NCBI GenBank assembly: GCA_050011155.1
Contig: JBEKJP010000007.1
Coordinates: forward strand, 31,553 to 95,552
Reading direction: 5' to 3'
Source: Streptosporangiaceae bacterium
GTDB lineage: Bacteria > Actinomycetota > Actinomycetes > Streptosporangiales > Streptosporangiaceae
DNA: 64,000 bases
Part shown: positions 53,558 to 62,342 of the stretch, piece by piece
Position numbering within the stretch: the stretch's first letter is position 1
How the letters are laid out: the number at the start of each line of letters is the position of its first letter
Notes under the pieces: generated by a model
Databases searched by the model: none
The model's input: only the letters and a program-made list of their open reading frames with translations
What the model was told of the DNA's origin: nothing
Made by a program: the position numbers and the translations under genes

Positions 53558-55374
53558 CCTACCGGGCTTCACGCAGCCCGCTCACCTGGCTGGGCGGGCT
53601 GCTGGCCCTGTATATCGTCATTCCGCTCGTCGCCTTCCTGATCCGGCTGGCCGCACCCGGTGATCGCGGGTTCGGCACGCCGGGCCTGTGGTCGGCGGTG
53701 GAAGTGTCCGTCGTCAGCGCCACCATCACGACCGTGCTGGTGGCGCTGTTCGGTATTCCGCTGGCGAGCTGGCTGGCGAGGTCGCGCGGCCCGGTCGGCG
53801 CCGTCACCGGCGTCCTGGTCCAGTTGCCGCTGGCGATACCGCCGGTGACGAGCGGGCTCGTGCTGATCTACCTGGTCGGCCCGTACACGACCCTCGGCCA
53901 GTTCTTCAACGGCGGCCTCACCGACTCGGTGGCCGGCGTGGTCCTGGCCCAGACCTTCGTCGCCTCGCCGTTCCTGATCGTCGCGGCCCGCTCGGCGTTC
54001 GCCGCCGTCGACCCGGCGCTCGATGACCTCGCCGCGACTCTCGGCCACCGGCCCCTGGGCCGGTTCTTCCGGGTGAGCCTGCGCGTCGCCGCCCCCGGCA
54101 TCCGCGCCGGGCTGCTGATGACCTGGCTCCGCGCCATCGGCGAGTACGGCGCGACCGTGCTGCTCGCGTACCACCCGTACACGCTGCCCGTCTTCACCTA
54201 CGTGCAGTTCTCCAGCACCGGGATCCCCACCACCCAGGCGCCCACGGCGCTGGCGCTCGGCATCGCCGTCGTCGTGCTGCTGGGCAGCCAGCTGCACCGG
54301 CCGCGCCGGTTCCGGGCCGCCGAGGTGCCCGCCCCGCGCCCGCCCGGCTCCACGCCGCCGGTCACCGTGGGCTTCGACCTCGACGTCACCGTGGGCTCGT
54401 TCCGGCTGGCGGTGGCCCACCAGGCCGCGAGCCACCGGATCGCCATCCTCGGCCCGTCGGGCGCCGGGAAGTCGATGACGCTGCGCGCCCTGGCCGGCCT
54501 CCTGGGCCCGGACGCGGGCGAGGTGCGCTACGACGGCCAGCTGGTCTCGGCGGTGCCGGTAGAAGCCCGTGACCTCGGCTACGTCCCGCAGAGCATGGCC
54601 CTGTTCCCGGACCGGACCGTCTGGCAGCAGCTGCTGTTCGCCACCCGCGCCGACCCCCGGCTGGCCGCCTGGTGGCTCGCGACCCTGCACCTCGGCGGCC
54701 TCCAGGACCGCCTGCCCGACCAGCTGTCCGGAGGCCAGCGGCAACGGGTCAGCCTGGCCCGGGCGCTGAGCCACGGCCCGCGGCTGGTGCTCCTCGACGA
54801 GCCGTTCTCCTCGCTCGACGCGCCGGTCCGCGACGAGCTGCGGCGTGAGCTCAGGCGCCTGCAGAACGACGCCGGCCTGTCCACGGTGCTCGTCACGCAC
54901 GACCCGGAGGAGGCCGCCCTGCTCGCCGACGAGATCCTCGTCATCGACGGAGGGCGCCTCCTCCAGGCCGGCCCCCGCTCGGCGGTCTTCAGCCGCCCGG
55001 CCTCGCCCGAAGTCGGCCGCCTGCTCGGCATCCAGAACCTCCTCACCGGCGTGGTGACCGGCCCGGGCCAGATCACCGCGGGCACGCTGCGGATCGCGGC
55101 CGGAACCGGGGACCTGCCCGCGGGCCGCGAGGTCCTGTGGTGCATCCGGCCGGACCACGTCACGGTCGGTGACCACGGCGGTTACGGCGCCGTGGTCCTG
55201 GACGTCGCCGACATCGGGACCTACACCAGCGTCACCGTCGAGCTCGCCGGCGGCCCTGAGCTGCGCATCAGGACCGCCGCCGCGGCCGGGCTCGAGCGCG
55301 GCGGCAGCTGCCGGGTCGACCTCGACCCGGACTGTATTGCCTTGTGGCCGGCTGGCGATGAGTCCCGCGCCTGA
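53554..55374 (+). CDS. Fused ABC importer permease-ATPase (ModB/CysTW-like TMD + ModC-like NBD + C-terminal TOBE-like domain)
   Basis: The N-terminal ~270 aa are polytopic and include the EAA-type loop (LDDLAATLGHRPLGRFFRVSLRVAAPG). The NBD follows, with GPSGAGKSMT, LSGGQRQRVSLARAL and LLDEPFSSLD. The C-terminal ~110 aa form a beta-rich tail. TGA/ATG overlap with the SBP gene. Confidence 0.85.
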   Translation: MTYRASRSPLTWLGGLLALYIVIPLVAFLIRLAAPGDRGFGTPGLWSAVEVSVVSATITTVLVALFGIPLASWLARSRGPVGAVTGVLVQLPLAIPPVTSGLVLIYLVGPYTTLGQFFNGGLTDSVAGVVLAQTFVASPFLIVAARSAFAAVDPALDDLAATLGHRPLGRFFRVSLRVAAPGIRAGLLMTWLRAIGEYGATVLLAYHPYTLPVFTYVQFSSTGIPTTQAPTALALGIAVVVLLGSQLHRPRRFRAAEVPAPRPPGSTPPVTVGFDLDVTVGSFRLAVAHQAASHRIAILGPSGAGKSMTLRALAGLLGPDAGEVRYDGQLVSAVPVEARDLGYVPQSMALFPDRTVWQQLLFATRADPRLAAWWLATLHLGGLQDRLPDQLSGGQRQRVSLARALSHGPRLVLLDEPFSSLDAPVRDELRRELRRLQNDAGLSTVLVTHDPEEAALLADEILVIDGGRLLQAGPRSAVFSRPASPEVGRLLGIQNLLTGVVTGPGQITAGTLRIAAGTGDLPAGREVLWCIRPDHVTVGDHGGYGAVVLDVADIGTYTSVTVELAGGPELRIRTAAAAGLERGGSCRVDLDPDCIALWPAGDESRA

Positions 55375-55386
55375 TCCGGACGTTAT

Positions 55387-55432
55387 GAAACCCCGGTCCC
55401 AGTGCGTTAGAACGCGTTGGAACTGGGGTTTC
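55387..55432. terminator. Candidate bidirectional terminator (GAAACCCC ... GGGGTTTC outer stem with an inner GCGTT-aga-AACGC stem)
   Basis: Read directly from the sequence. It lies between convergent genes ending at 55374 (+) and 55452 (-). Confidence 0.45.
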
Positions 55433-55451
55433 ACGGCCTTCCGACGGAGCT

Positions 55452-56435
55452 TCAGGCGGGTACCGAGAGCGACAGGCCGAACTGAGCCGCCGCATCCGTC
55501 CACCACGAGGTCATCGTGAACCCGGCCGCGGCCAGCTCGGCCGTCACGCCCTCGCGGCGGAACTTGGCCGACACCTCGGTCCGCATTTCCTCGCCGTCGG
55601 CGAACTCGACGGTGAGCCCGATGCCCGGCAGGCGCACCGTCTGCGCCAGGCACGACCGCAGCCGCATCTCGATCCACTCGGCATCGGCGTTCCACACCGC
55701 GACGTGCTCGAACGCGTCCAGGTCGAAGTCGGCGCCGAGCTCGGCGTTCAGCACCGCGAGCACGTTCTTGTTGAAGTCGGCGGTCACCCCCGACTCGTCG
55801 TCGTACGCCGCGACCAGCGTGGCCGGGTCCTTGACCAGGTCAGTGCCGAGCAGGAAGAAGTCGCCCGGCCGCAGCTGCGCGCGGACCCGGGCCAGGAAGG
55901 CGGCCCGCTGCGCGGGCTCCAGGTTCCCGATCGTGCTGCCGAGGAAGGCGACCAGCCGGGGCGCGGGCGCCGTTCCGTCGGCGGGGAAGCCGAGCCGCTC
56001 CTCGAAGTCGGACACCACGGCCCGCACGTCGAGCCCCGGATACTCGGCGGACAGTGCCTGGCCCGCCGCGACGAGGGCGGGCTCGCTGACGTCGACCGGG
56101 ACGTAGCAGGTCAGCGTGCCCTCCGCGCGCAGCGCGTCGAGCAGCAGCCGGGTCTTGTCCGACGAACCCGAGCCCAGCTCGATGAGCGTCCGCGCCCGGG
56201 TCTGCGTGGCTATCCGCGTCGCCGTGGCGCGCAGGATCTCCCGTTCGGCCTGGGTCGGGTAGTACTCGGGCAGCTCGGTGATCTTGTCGAACAGCGCGCT
56301 GCCCTGGGCGTCGTAGAACCACTTGGGCGGCAGCGACTTCGGTTCCGCGGCTTTGGGGTTCAGCCCGTTCAGGGCGTCGGCGCGCAGTGCTTCCTCGAGG
56401 AAACCAGGCGGTAGCCGGCGGTCGAGGGTAGTCAT
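55452..56435 (-). CDS. egtD: L-histidine N-alpha-methyltransferase (ergothioneine biosynthesis)
   Basis: [36 protein letters not shown] and [11 protein letters not shown] are EgtD hallmarks. It is the last gene of the egt operon. Confidence 0.9.
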   Translation of the reverse strand: MTTLDRRLPPGFLEEALRADALNGLNPKAAEPKSLPPKWFYDAQGSALFDKITELPEYYPTQAEREILRATATRIATQTRARTLIELGSGSSDKTRLLLDALRAEGTLTCYVPVDVSEPALVAAGQALSAEYPGLDVRAVVSDFEERLGFPADGTAPAPRLVAFLGSTIGNLEPAQRAAFLARVRAQLRPGDFFLLGTDLVKDPATLVAAYDDESGVTADFNKNVLAVLNAELGADFDLDAFEHVAVWNADAEWIEMRLRSCLAQTVRLPGIGLTVEFADGEEMRTEVSAKFRREGVTAELAAAGFTMTSWWTDAAAQFGLSLSVPA

Positions 56436-57223
56436 CGAATCGCGATCCTTCCGTTCTGCGATTTTTCGTCCCGCAGGTCAGCGTCGGCCAGCCCGGTCAC
56501 GCTGACCTGCTGCGGTGTCGCGGCGACGACGGAGTCGTCGGGTACCTCGGCCCAGCCGGGCTCGTCGTCGCCGGGCTCGGAGGCGACGAGGACGGATCCC
56601 TCGCGGCGGCGGTAGAACAGGGTGTCGCCGGCCGCGGTGGCCGCGATCGCCTGCCCGTCGGTCAGGAGGAAGTTGAACCGGCCGGTCACGCCCGCGGCCC
56701 GCAGCATCCCGACGACGTCGGTGAGAGATTCGGCCAGCGTCCGGCCGCGGCGGAGCCGGTCTAGCGCCAGTGCCCACATCAGCGCCGAGTCCACCCGGGC
56801 CTCGAGCCTGAGCAGCGCCTCCGCGGGCAAGGTGGCGGCGAGTCCGGCGACCGAACCGGGCCAGCCGTCGACCCGCCCGTTGTGGCTGAACAGCCACGGG
56901 CCGGACGCGAACGGGGCTATGGCGGCGGCACCGTGGTCGGTTCCCGCCGTGGCCGAGCGTACGGCCGCGAGCATCGCTCCCGCCGACGTCACCCGGGCCA
57001 GGTCAGCGAAGGACTCATCGCCCCAGATAGGCCCCGGATGCCGGTAGCGGGCCGGGTCCGGATCGCCGTCCGCGTACCAGCCGACCCCGAACCCGTCCGC
57101 GTTCATCGTCCCGTACCGCTGCCGCCGCGGCGCCCACGCCTGCCGGGACAGGCCGTACGGCGGGTCGACGATGACGGATCGCAACCTGGCGGCCGGCCCC
57201 AGGTAGGCCAGGTGCCGGCACAT
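56432..57223 (-). CDS. egtC: Gamma-glutamyl-hercynylcysteine sulfoxide hydrolase (class-II glutamine amidotransferase)
   Basis: The start is moved to the ATG at 57223, giving MCRHLAYLG with Cys2 as the Ntn nucleophile. ATGA overlap with the egtB stop. GFGVGWY motif present. Confidence 0.88.
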   Translation of the reverse strand: MCRHLAYLGPAARLRSVIVDPPYGLSRQAWAPRRQRYGTMNADGFGVGWYADGDPDPARYRHPGPIWGDESFADLARVTSAGAMLAAVRSATAGTDHGAAAIAPFASGPWLFSHNGRVDGWPGSVAGLAATLPAEALLRLEARVDSALMWALALDRLRRGRTLAESLTDVVGMLRAAGVTGRFNFLLTDGQAIAATAAGDTLFYRRREGSVLVASEPGDDEPGWAEVPDDSVVAATPQQVSVTGLADADLRDEKSQNGRIAIR

Positions 57224-58608
57224 CAGGCGGTCTCCGCGGCGGCCGTCCGGGCGGTCCGGAAGCCGGCGAAGATCTGCCTCCTGATCGGGTAGTCCCAGTT
57301 GCGGAAGGTGGTCCGGCTGACCACCGGGCTGACCGCGAACGAGCCTCCGCGCAGCATCTTGTACTCCGGGCCGAAGAACACTTCCGAGTACTCCTTGTAC
57401 GGCCACGCCTCGAAGCCCGGGTACGGTCCGAAGTCCGAGCTGGTCCACTCCCACACGTCCCCGATCAGCTGCCTGGCCCCGCACGGCGCCGCCCCCGCGG
57501 GGTAGGAGCCGGCCGGCGCCGGGCGCAGGAACGCCTGGCCGAGGTTGGCCAGGGACGCCTCGGGATCCGCGTTACCCCACGGGTACCTGCGGGTCAGGCC
57601 GGTAGCGGGATCGAACCGGGCCGCCTTCTCCCACTCGGCCTCGGTCGGCAGCCTGCGCCCGGCCCAGCGGGCGTAAGCGTCCGCCTCGTACCAGCTCACG
57701 TGCACCACCGGCTCGTCCGGCCGGATCGGCTCCACCCGGCCGAACACCCGGCGCGTCCACTGGCCCCCGTCCCGCCGCCAGTACAGCGGCGCGATCAGCC
57801 CGGCCTGCTGCCGGTGCTCCCAGCCCGCTGCGGTCCACCAGCGCGGGTCGTCGTACCCGCCGCCGGCGATGAACTCGGCGTACGCGCCGCACGTCACCGG
57901 GGTGGTGTCCAGGTAGAACGGTGCCACCTCCACGGTGTGCGCGGGACGCTCGTTGTCCAGCGCCCAGGGCTCGGCGGAGGTGCCCATGGTGAAAGGCCCG
58001 CCGGGGACGAGCACCTCGGCCGGCAGCCGCAGCGCGTCGGCCGGGGCCGGTCCGGGGGAGGGCGCGGCCAGCACCGGCGCCCCCTGGCGGATCTGGTGGG
58101 TGATCAGCATGGTCTCGTCGTGCTGCGCCTCGTGCTGGGCGATCATCCCGAACGCGAACCCGTCGCCGAGCAGCCGGGGGAAACCCCCTCCGGCCTCCGG
58201 CCGTCGGGGGAAACCCCCTCCGGCCTCCGGCCGTCGGGGGCCGGTGAAGGTGGCCCGGTCGAGCAGGTCGAGGACCCGTCCGCGCACCTCGTGCCCGTAG
58301 GCCCGGGCCTCGCCGGGCGGCAGCAGCGGCAGCGTCGGGCGCTCGGACCGCGGGTGCTCGAACGCGTCGTAGAGCGGGTCGATCTCCGGGTGCATCGGGT
58401 CGCGGCCGCCGACCTCGCGCAGCAGCCACAGCTCTTCCTGGTTGGCGATGTGCGCCAGGTCCCAGACCAGCGGGGACATCAGCGGCGAGTGCTGTCTGAC
58501 CAGGTCGTCCTCGTCCACGCTGTCGGTGAGCAGCGTCGTGCGCTGCCGCGCGTCCGTCAGTTCCCGCGCGATCACCGCGCGGAGGGTTTCAGGGTCGAAC
58601 TCCGTCAA
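57223..58608 (-). CDS. egtB: Hercynine oxygenase / sulfoxide synthase
   Basis: N-terminal DinB-like domain (SPLVWDLAHIANQEE, HEAQHDETM) plus C-terminal FGE-sulfatase domain (VSWYEADAYARWAGRRLPTEAEWE, RGGSF). The likely TTG start at 58608 gives a TTGA overlap with the egtA stop; an alternative ATG is at 58647. The ORF-track start at 59121 is far too long. Confidence 0.88.
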   Translation of the reverse strand: MTEFDPETLRAVIARELTDARQRTTLLTDSVDEDDLVRQHSPLMSPLVWDLAHIANQEELWLLREVGGRDPMHPEIDPLYDAFEHPRSERPTLPLLPPGEARAYGHEVRGRVLDLLDRATFTGPRRPEAGGGFPRRPEAGGGFPRLLGDGFAFGMIAQHEAQHDETMLITHQIRQGAPVLAAPSPGPAPADALRLPAEVLVPGGPFTMGTSAEPWALDNERPAHTVEVAPFYLDTTPVTCGAYAEFIAGGGYDDPRWWTAAGWEHRQQAGLIAPLYWRRDGGQWTRRVFGRVEPIRPDEPVVHVSWYEADAYARWAGRRLPTEAEWEKAARFDPATGLTRRYPWGNADPEASLANLGQAFLRPAPAGSYPAGAAPCGARQLIGDVWEWTSSDFGPYPGFEAWPYKEYSEVFFGPEYKMLRGGSFAVSPVVSRTTFRNWDYPIRRQIFAGFRTARTAAAETA

Positions 58609-59897
58609 GGCGAGACTCCGTCCAGTTGATCGTCGGCAGGACATCGGTCCTTCAGCACGTAGCGCTCGGTGAAGTCGGTGACCGCCTGGCGGACCTCCGC
58701 GGGTGCGCCCAGCCGGGCCAGCGCGGAGTCGGCCGCCTCGAAGCACCGCCGGCTGGCCTGGCCGATCAGCGGGTCGGCCGGTCCGCACTGCGCCGCCCGC
58801 AGCCACGGGTCCTCGGCGTCGGGCGAGCCGTCCCAGACGGGCTCGGCCGCGGCCAGCGCGGTGTCGGCGGCCCGGGTGTCGTCGGCCAGCGCCGTGACCA
58901 CCGCCGCGGGCACGATCCAGCCGTCGCCGGGCTGCGCGTCGATCATCCGCAGCTCCATGTGCCCGTGCGGGCGGACCGGCGGGAACAGCGTGGACAGGTG
59001 GTAGTCCAGGTCCTCCGCGGTCGGTGCGCGCAGCGGCCCGGAACCGTCCTCGCGCAGCCAGTCGCGGAAGGTGACTCCGGCAGGCGCCGTCCAGTCCGGC
59101 GATCCAGGTTTGCGGACGCACATGAGCTCGGCGTCCAGCGCGTACGCGGTCCAGGCGTCGCGCGGGTCACCGTCGGCCCAGGCCGGAGCCCGGGTCCGGC
59201 CTGGGTCCATGTGGGCCCACACCTGCTGCCGGGCCGAACGCCAGCCGGTCGGCTTCCCGTCCCGCAGCGTGGAGTTGGCGAACGCGGCCACCAGAACCGG
59301 GCCGATCGCGTGCAGCAGCCGCCAGCGGGAGCGGTAACCGGACAGGCCGGCGCTGTCGTCCCCGGCGTCCAGGCACACCTGGACCGACGCGGTGCCGCAC
59401 ATCATCTGGCGGCCCCACGGGCCTTCGCGGTCGAAGAATTCCTCCATCGCGGCGTACCGCGGGAGATCGAGCAGGCGACGGGGCGGGCGGAGCGGATCAA
59501 GACCGTAACCGTAGAGTTCGAGGTCGGCCGCCGCGGCCGCGTCACGCAACGCGGCCAGGTCGCGCCCGGTGACCTCATGCAGCTCACCGAGCGTGCCGGC
59601 GGGCGCCGAACTGAGCTCGAGCTGCCCGCCAGGCTCTAGCGTGAGCGAGGCACCAGAATCAAGTTTGTAAGGAACGGGGTGGGGCGCTTGCCCCATGTAG
59701 CCCTCGTCGTCTGAGAACCCGAGACCGGCCAGGGTGGCGACTACTTGTTCCGCCTGGACCGGCAGCGCGGGATCGCGGCGATCGCGCACTAGCCACTCGA
59801 GTTCGACGCCGACCCGTTCCGGCGGCCCCGTCTTGAAGCAGATACCGTGCACCCGCGCTTCCGCGTCGGCTTCGGTAAACCGCGCCCTCTTTATCAC
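58605..59897 (-). CDS. egtA: Glutamate-cysteine ligase (ergothioneine pathway)
   Basis: MIKRARFTEADAEARVHGICFKTGPPERVGVELEWLV and a GCS2-type architecture. It is the first gene of the operon. Confidence 0.88.
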   Translation of the reverse strand: MIKRARFTEADAEARVHGICFKTGPPERVGVELEWLVRDRRDPALPVQAEQVVATLAGLGFSDDEGYMGQAPHPVPYKLDSGASLTLEPGGQLELSSAPAGTLGELHEVTGRDLAALRDAAAAADLELYGYGLDPLRPPRRLLDLPRYAAMEEFFDREGPWGRQMMCGTASVQVCLDAGDDSAGLSGYRSRWRLLHAIGPVLVAAFANSTLRDGKPTGWRSARQQVWAHMDPGRTRAPAWADGDPRDAWTAYALDAELMCVRKPGSPDWTAPAGVTFRDWLREDGSGPLRAPTAEDLDYHLSTLFPPVRPHGHMELRMIDAQPGDGWIVPAAVVTALADDTRAADTALAAAEPVWDGSPDAEDPWLRAAQCGPADPLIGQASRRCFEAADSALARLGAPAEVRQAVTDFTERYVLKDRCPADDQLDGVSP

Positions 59898-60096
59898 GTT
59901 TGCAACACTACCTGACCGATCCCGGCGGTCGCGGACCCCGCCCTGGCGGGTCGCGCTCCCAGGAAAGTTTCAGTTTCGGGTGGTAGCTTTCGGCACACCA
60001 CGCTATCGATGGTGACTTTTAGTCGCCACCTATGTGACACACCGTAGTGGCCAACATGGCCTTCGGCGCGTTGCTGCTCTGGCAGGATGGAACTCA

Positions 60097-61290
60097 ATGA
60101 AGGCGCCGTCCGTGAAGATTCCGCTGCTCTCCCGGGGGAAGGCTAGCGAGCCACCCGGCATCGTCGCTGTCGCGCGCGTGGATCGCCGGACGAAGAACAT
60201 CACCAAGCGCCTCAACCCGGGCGAGATCGCCATCATCGACCACGCCGACCTGGACCGGGTGAGCGCCGAGGACCTGGTCCGGCGCAAGGTCGCGGCCGTG
60301 GTCAACGCCTCGGTCAGCATCAGTGGGCGCTATCCCAACCTGGGCCCGAAACTGCTGCTCGAGGCGGGTATACCGGTGATCGACGGAGCCGGGCAGGACG
60401 TGCTGGCCCGGATCGCCGACGGCACGGTCGTCCGGATCGACCAGGAGACCATCTACCTCGGCGACACCGTCGTGGCCAAGGGCACCCCGCTGACCGAGGA
60501 ACTGGTGCAGGCGGCGATGACCGAGGCCAGGGCCATGATCGGGGTGCAGATCGAGGCGTTCGCCGCGAACACGCTGGAGTTCTTGCGGCGCGAGCACGAA
60601 CTGCTCACCCACGGTGTCACGCCGCCCGACATGGAGACGGACATGTCGGGACGGCACGTGCTGGTGGTCGTGCGCGGCTATCACTACCGAGAGGACATCG
60701 CGGCGCTGCGGCCGTACATCCGCGAGTACAAGCCGGTGATGGTGGCCGTCGACGGCGGCGCGGACGCGCTGCTCGAGGCCGGCTACCAGCCGGACGCCAT
60801 CTTCGGCGACATGGACTCGGTGTCCGACGAGGCGCTGTGCTGCGGCGCGGAACTCGTGGTGCACGCCTACCCGGACGGCCGCGCGCCGGGCCTGGCCCGC
60901 GTCCGCGACCTCGGCCTGGACGCGATCACCCTGCCCGCCCCCGGGACGAGCGAGGATGTCGCCCTGCTCGTCGCCGACGCCAAGGGAGCCAGCCTGATCG
61001 CGGTGGTGGGCACCCACTACACGCTCGAGGAATTCCTCGACAAGGGCCGGCCGGGGATGTCCAGCACGTTCATCACGCACCTGCGGGTGGCCGGGAAACT
61101 GGTCAACGCGCGGGGCGTGCATCAGCTGTACCAGAGCCGGATCTCCGGCTGGTCACTGCTCGTCCTGGTGCTCGCCGCGGTGGTGACGGTGTTCGTCGCC
61201 GTGGTGTTCTCGCCGGCGAGCCCTGTCCTGGCCAGGTATTTCGAAGCTACCTGGCATTCCTTTACCTACTGGCTGACCGGAAAGCTCTAG
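60097..61290 (+). CDS. steA: Cytokinetic ring-associated protein SteA
   Basis: GIVAVARVDRRTKNITKRLNPGEIAIIDHADLDRVSAE...AVVNASVSISGRYPNLGP..., a TPK-like central domain and a C-terminal TM helix. The start is placed at the ATG at 60097. Confidence 0.85.
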   Translation: MKAPSVKIPLLSRGKASEPPGIVAVARVDRRTKNITKRLNPGEIAIIDHADLDRVSAEDLVRRKVAAVVNASVSISGRYPNLGPKLLLEAGIPVIDGAGQDVLARIADGTVVRIDQETIYLGDTVVAKGTPLTEELVQAAMTEARAMIGVQIEAFAANTLEFLRREHELLTHGVTPPDMETDMSGRHVLVVVRGYHYREDIAALRPYIREYKPVMVAVDGGADALLEAGYQPDAIFGDMDSVSDEALCCGAELVVHAYPDGRAPGLARVRDLGLDAITLPAPGTSEDVALLVADAKGASLIAVVGTHYTLEEFLDKGRPGMSSTFITHLRVAGKLVNARGVHQLYQSRISGWSLLVLVLAAVVTVFVAVVFSPASPVLARYFEATWHSFTYWLTGKL

Positions 61291-62342
61291 TGATCGACTT
61301 TCGCTATCACCTGGTTTCCATCGTGGCGGTGTTCCTCGCGCTGGCGATCGGGATCGTGCTCGGCTCCACTGAGTTGCAGGGGCCGGCTTACAACCTGCTG
61401 GACAAGACGACCTCCAAGCTGCAGAACGAGCTCGGCCAGGTCAGCAGTCAGCGGGACGCGGCCCAGCAGCAGGCCGCCGAGGGCGAGATGTACGCCCAAT
61501 CGGTCGAGCCCGCCGTGCTGCACGGCCTGCTGACCGGGCAGCGGCTGCTGATCGTGACCGAGCCGGGCGCCCAGTCCTCGGTGGTCAGCGGGATCAGCAG
61601 CGCCGCGCTCGCCGCCGGGGCCTCCATCACCGGGCAGCTCAACCTGGCGACGAAGTTCTTCGACACCAGCGGCACCACCCAGGACAGCCTGAACCAGACC
61701 ACGCTGGACGTGGCCCAGGCGGCCGGCCTCCAGCTCGACAGCAGCGCGACCTACCAGCAGCAGGCGGCCGAGGTGATCGCCAGTGAGATACTGGCCAAGG
61801 CGGACGCGTCGTCGACGACGGGCAAACCGCCCGTCGGCCAGGCCATCGAAGCCTCGACCGTGCTCCAGGCTTACGCCGCGTCCCAGTTCCTCAGCACCAC
61901 CGGGCAGCCCGCCAACTCCGCTACCCTCGTGGTCGTCGTGACCCCGCAGAACCCGCCGGCCGACGGCAGCGCCGACCAGCTCGACCAGGTGCTGGTCCCG
62001 CTGGTCACCGAGCTCGCGGCGAAGAGTTCCGCCACCGTCGTGGTGGGCTCGTCGGCGGGCTCCGGCGCGGGCAGCCCGATCGCGGTGCTCCGCTCGAACA
62101 ACGTGTCCAGCCAGGTGTCCACGGTCGACGACGCCGATCTGGTCTCCGGGCAGACCGTCGCCATGCAGGCGCTCGCGGTCGGCCTGGCCGGCGGCAAGGC
62201 CGGCAGCTACGGCTTCACCGCCAACGGTGCCAGCGCCATCGCGCCGAGCCCGGCACCCTCGCCGTCCGCGTCGGCGAGCGTGACGCCAACCTCCTCCTCC
62301 TCCTCCTCCTCCTCGACGACGAAGAAGAAGGTCAAGAAATGA
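61290..62342 (+). CDS. SteB/MctB-like (DUF3186, copper-transporter-annotated family) membrane-anchored protein
   Basis: The GTG start at 61290 overlaps the steA stop. VIDFRYHLVSIVAVFLALAIGIVLG is the family-typical N-terminus. The product has a coiled-coil and ends in a poly-Ser/Lys tail (SSSSSSSTTKKKVKK). Confidence 0.82.
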   Translation: MIDFRYHLVSIVAVFLALAIGIVLGSTELQGPAYNLLDKTTSKLQNELGQVSSQRDAAQQQAAEGEMYAQSVEPAVLHGLLTGQRLLIVTEPGAQSSVVSGISSAALAAGASITGQLNLATKFFDTSGTTQDSLNQTTLDVAQAAGLQLDSSATYQQQAAEVIASEILAKADASSTTGKPPVGQAIEASTVLQAYAASQFLSTTGQPANSATLVVVVTPQNPPADGSADQLDQVLVPLVTELAAKSSATVVVGSSAGSGAGSPIAVLRSNNVSSQVSTVDDADLVSGQTVAMQALAVGLAGGKAGSYGFTANGASAIAPSPAPSPSASASVTPTSSSSSSSSTTKKKVKK

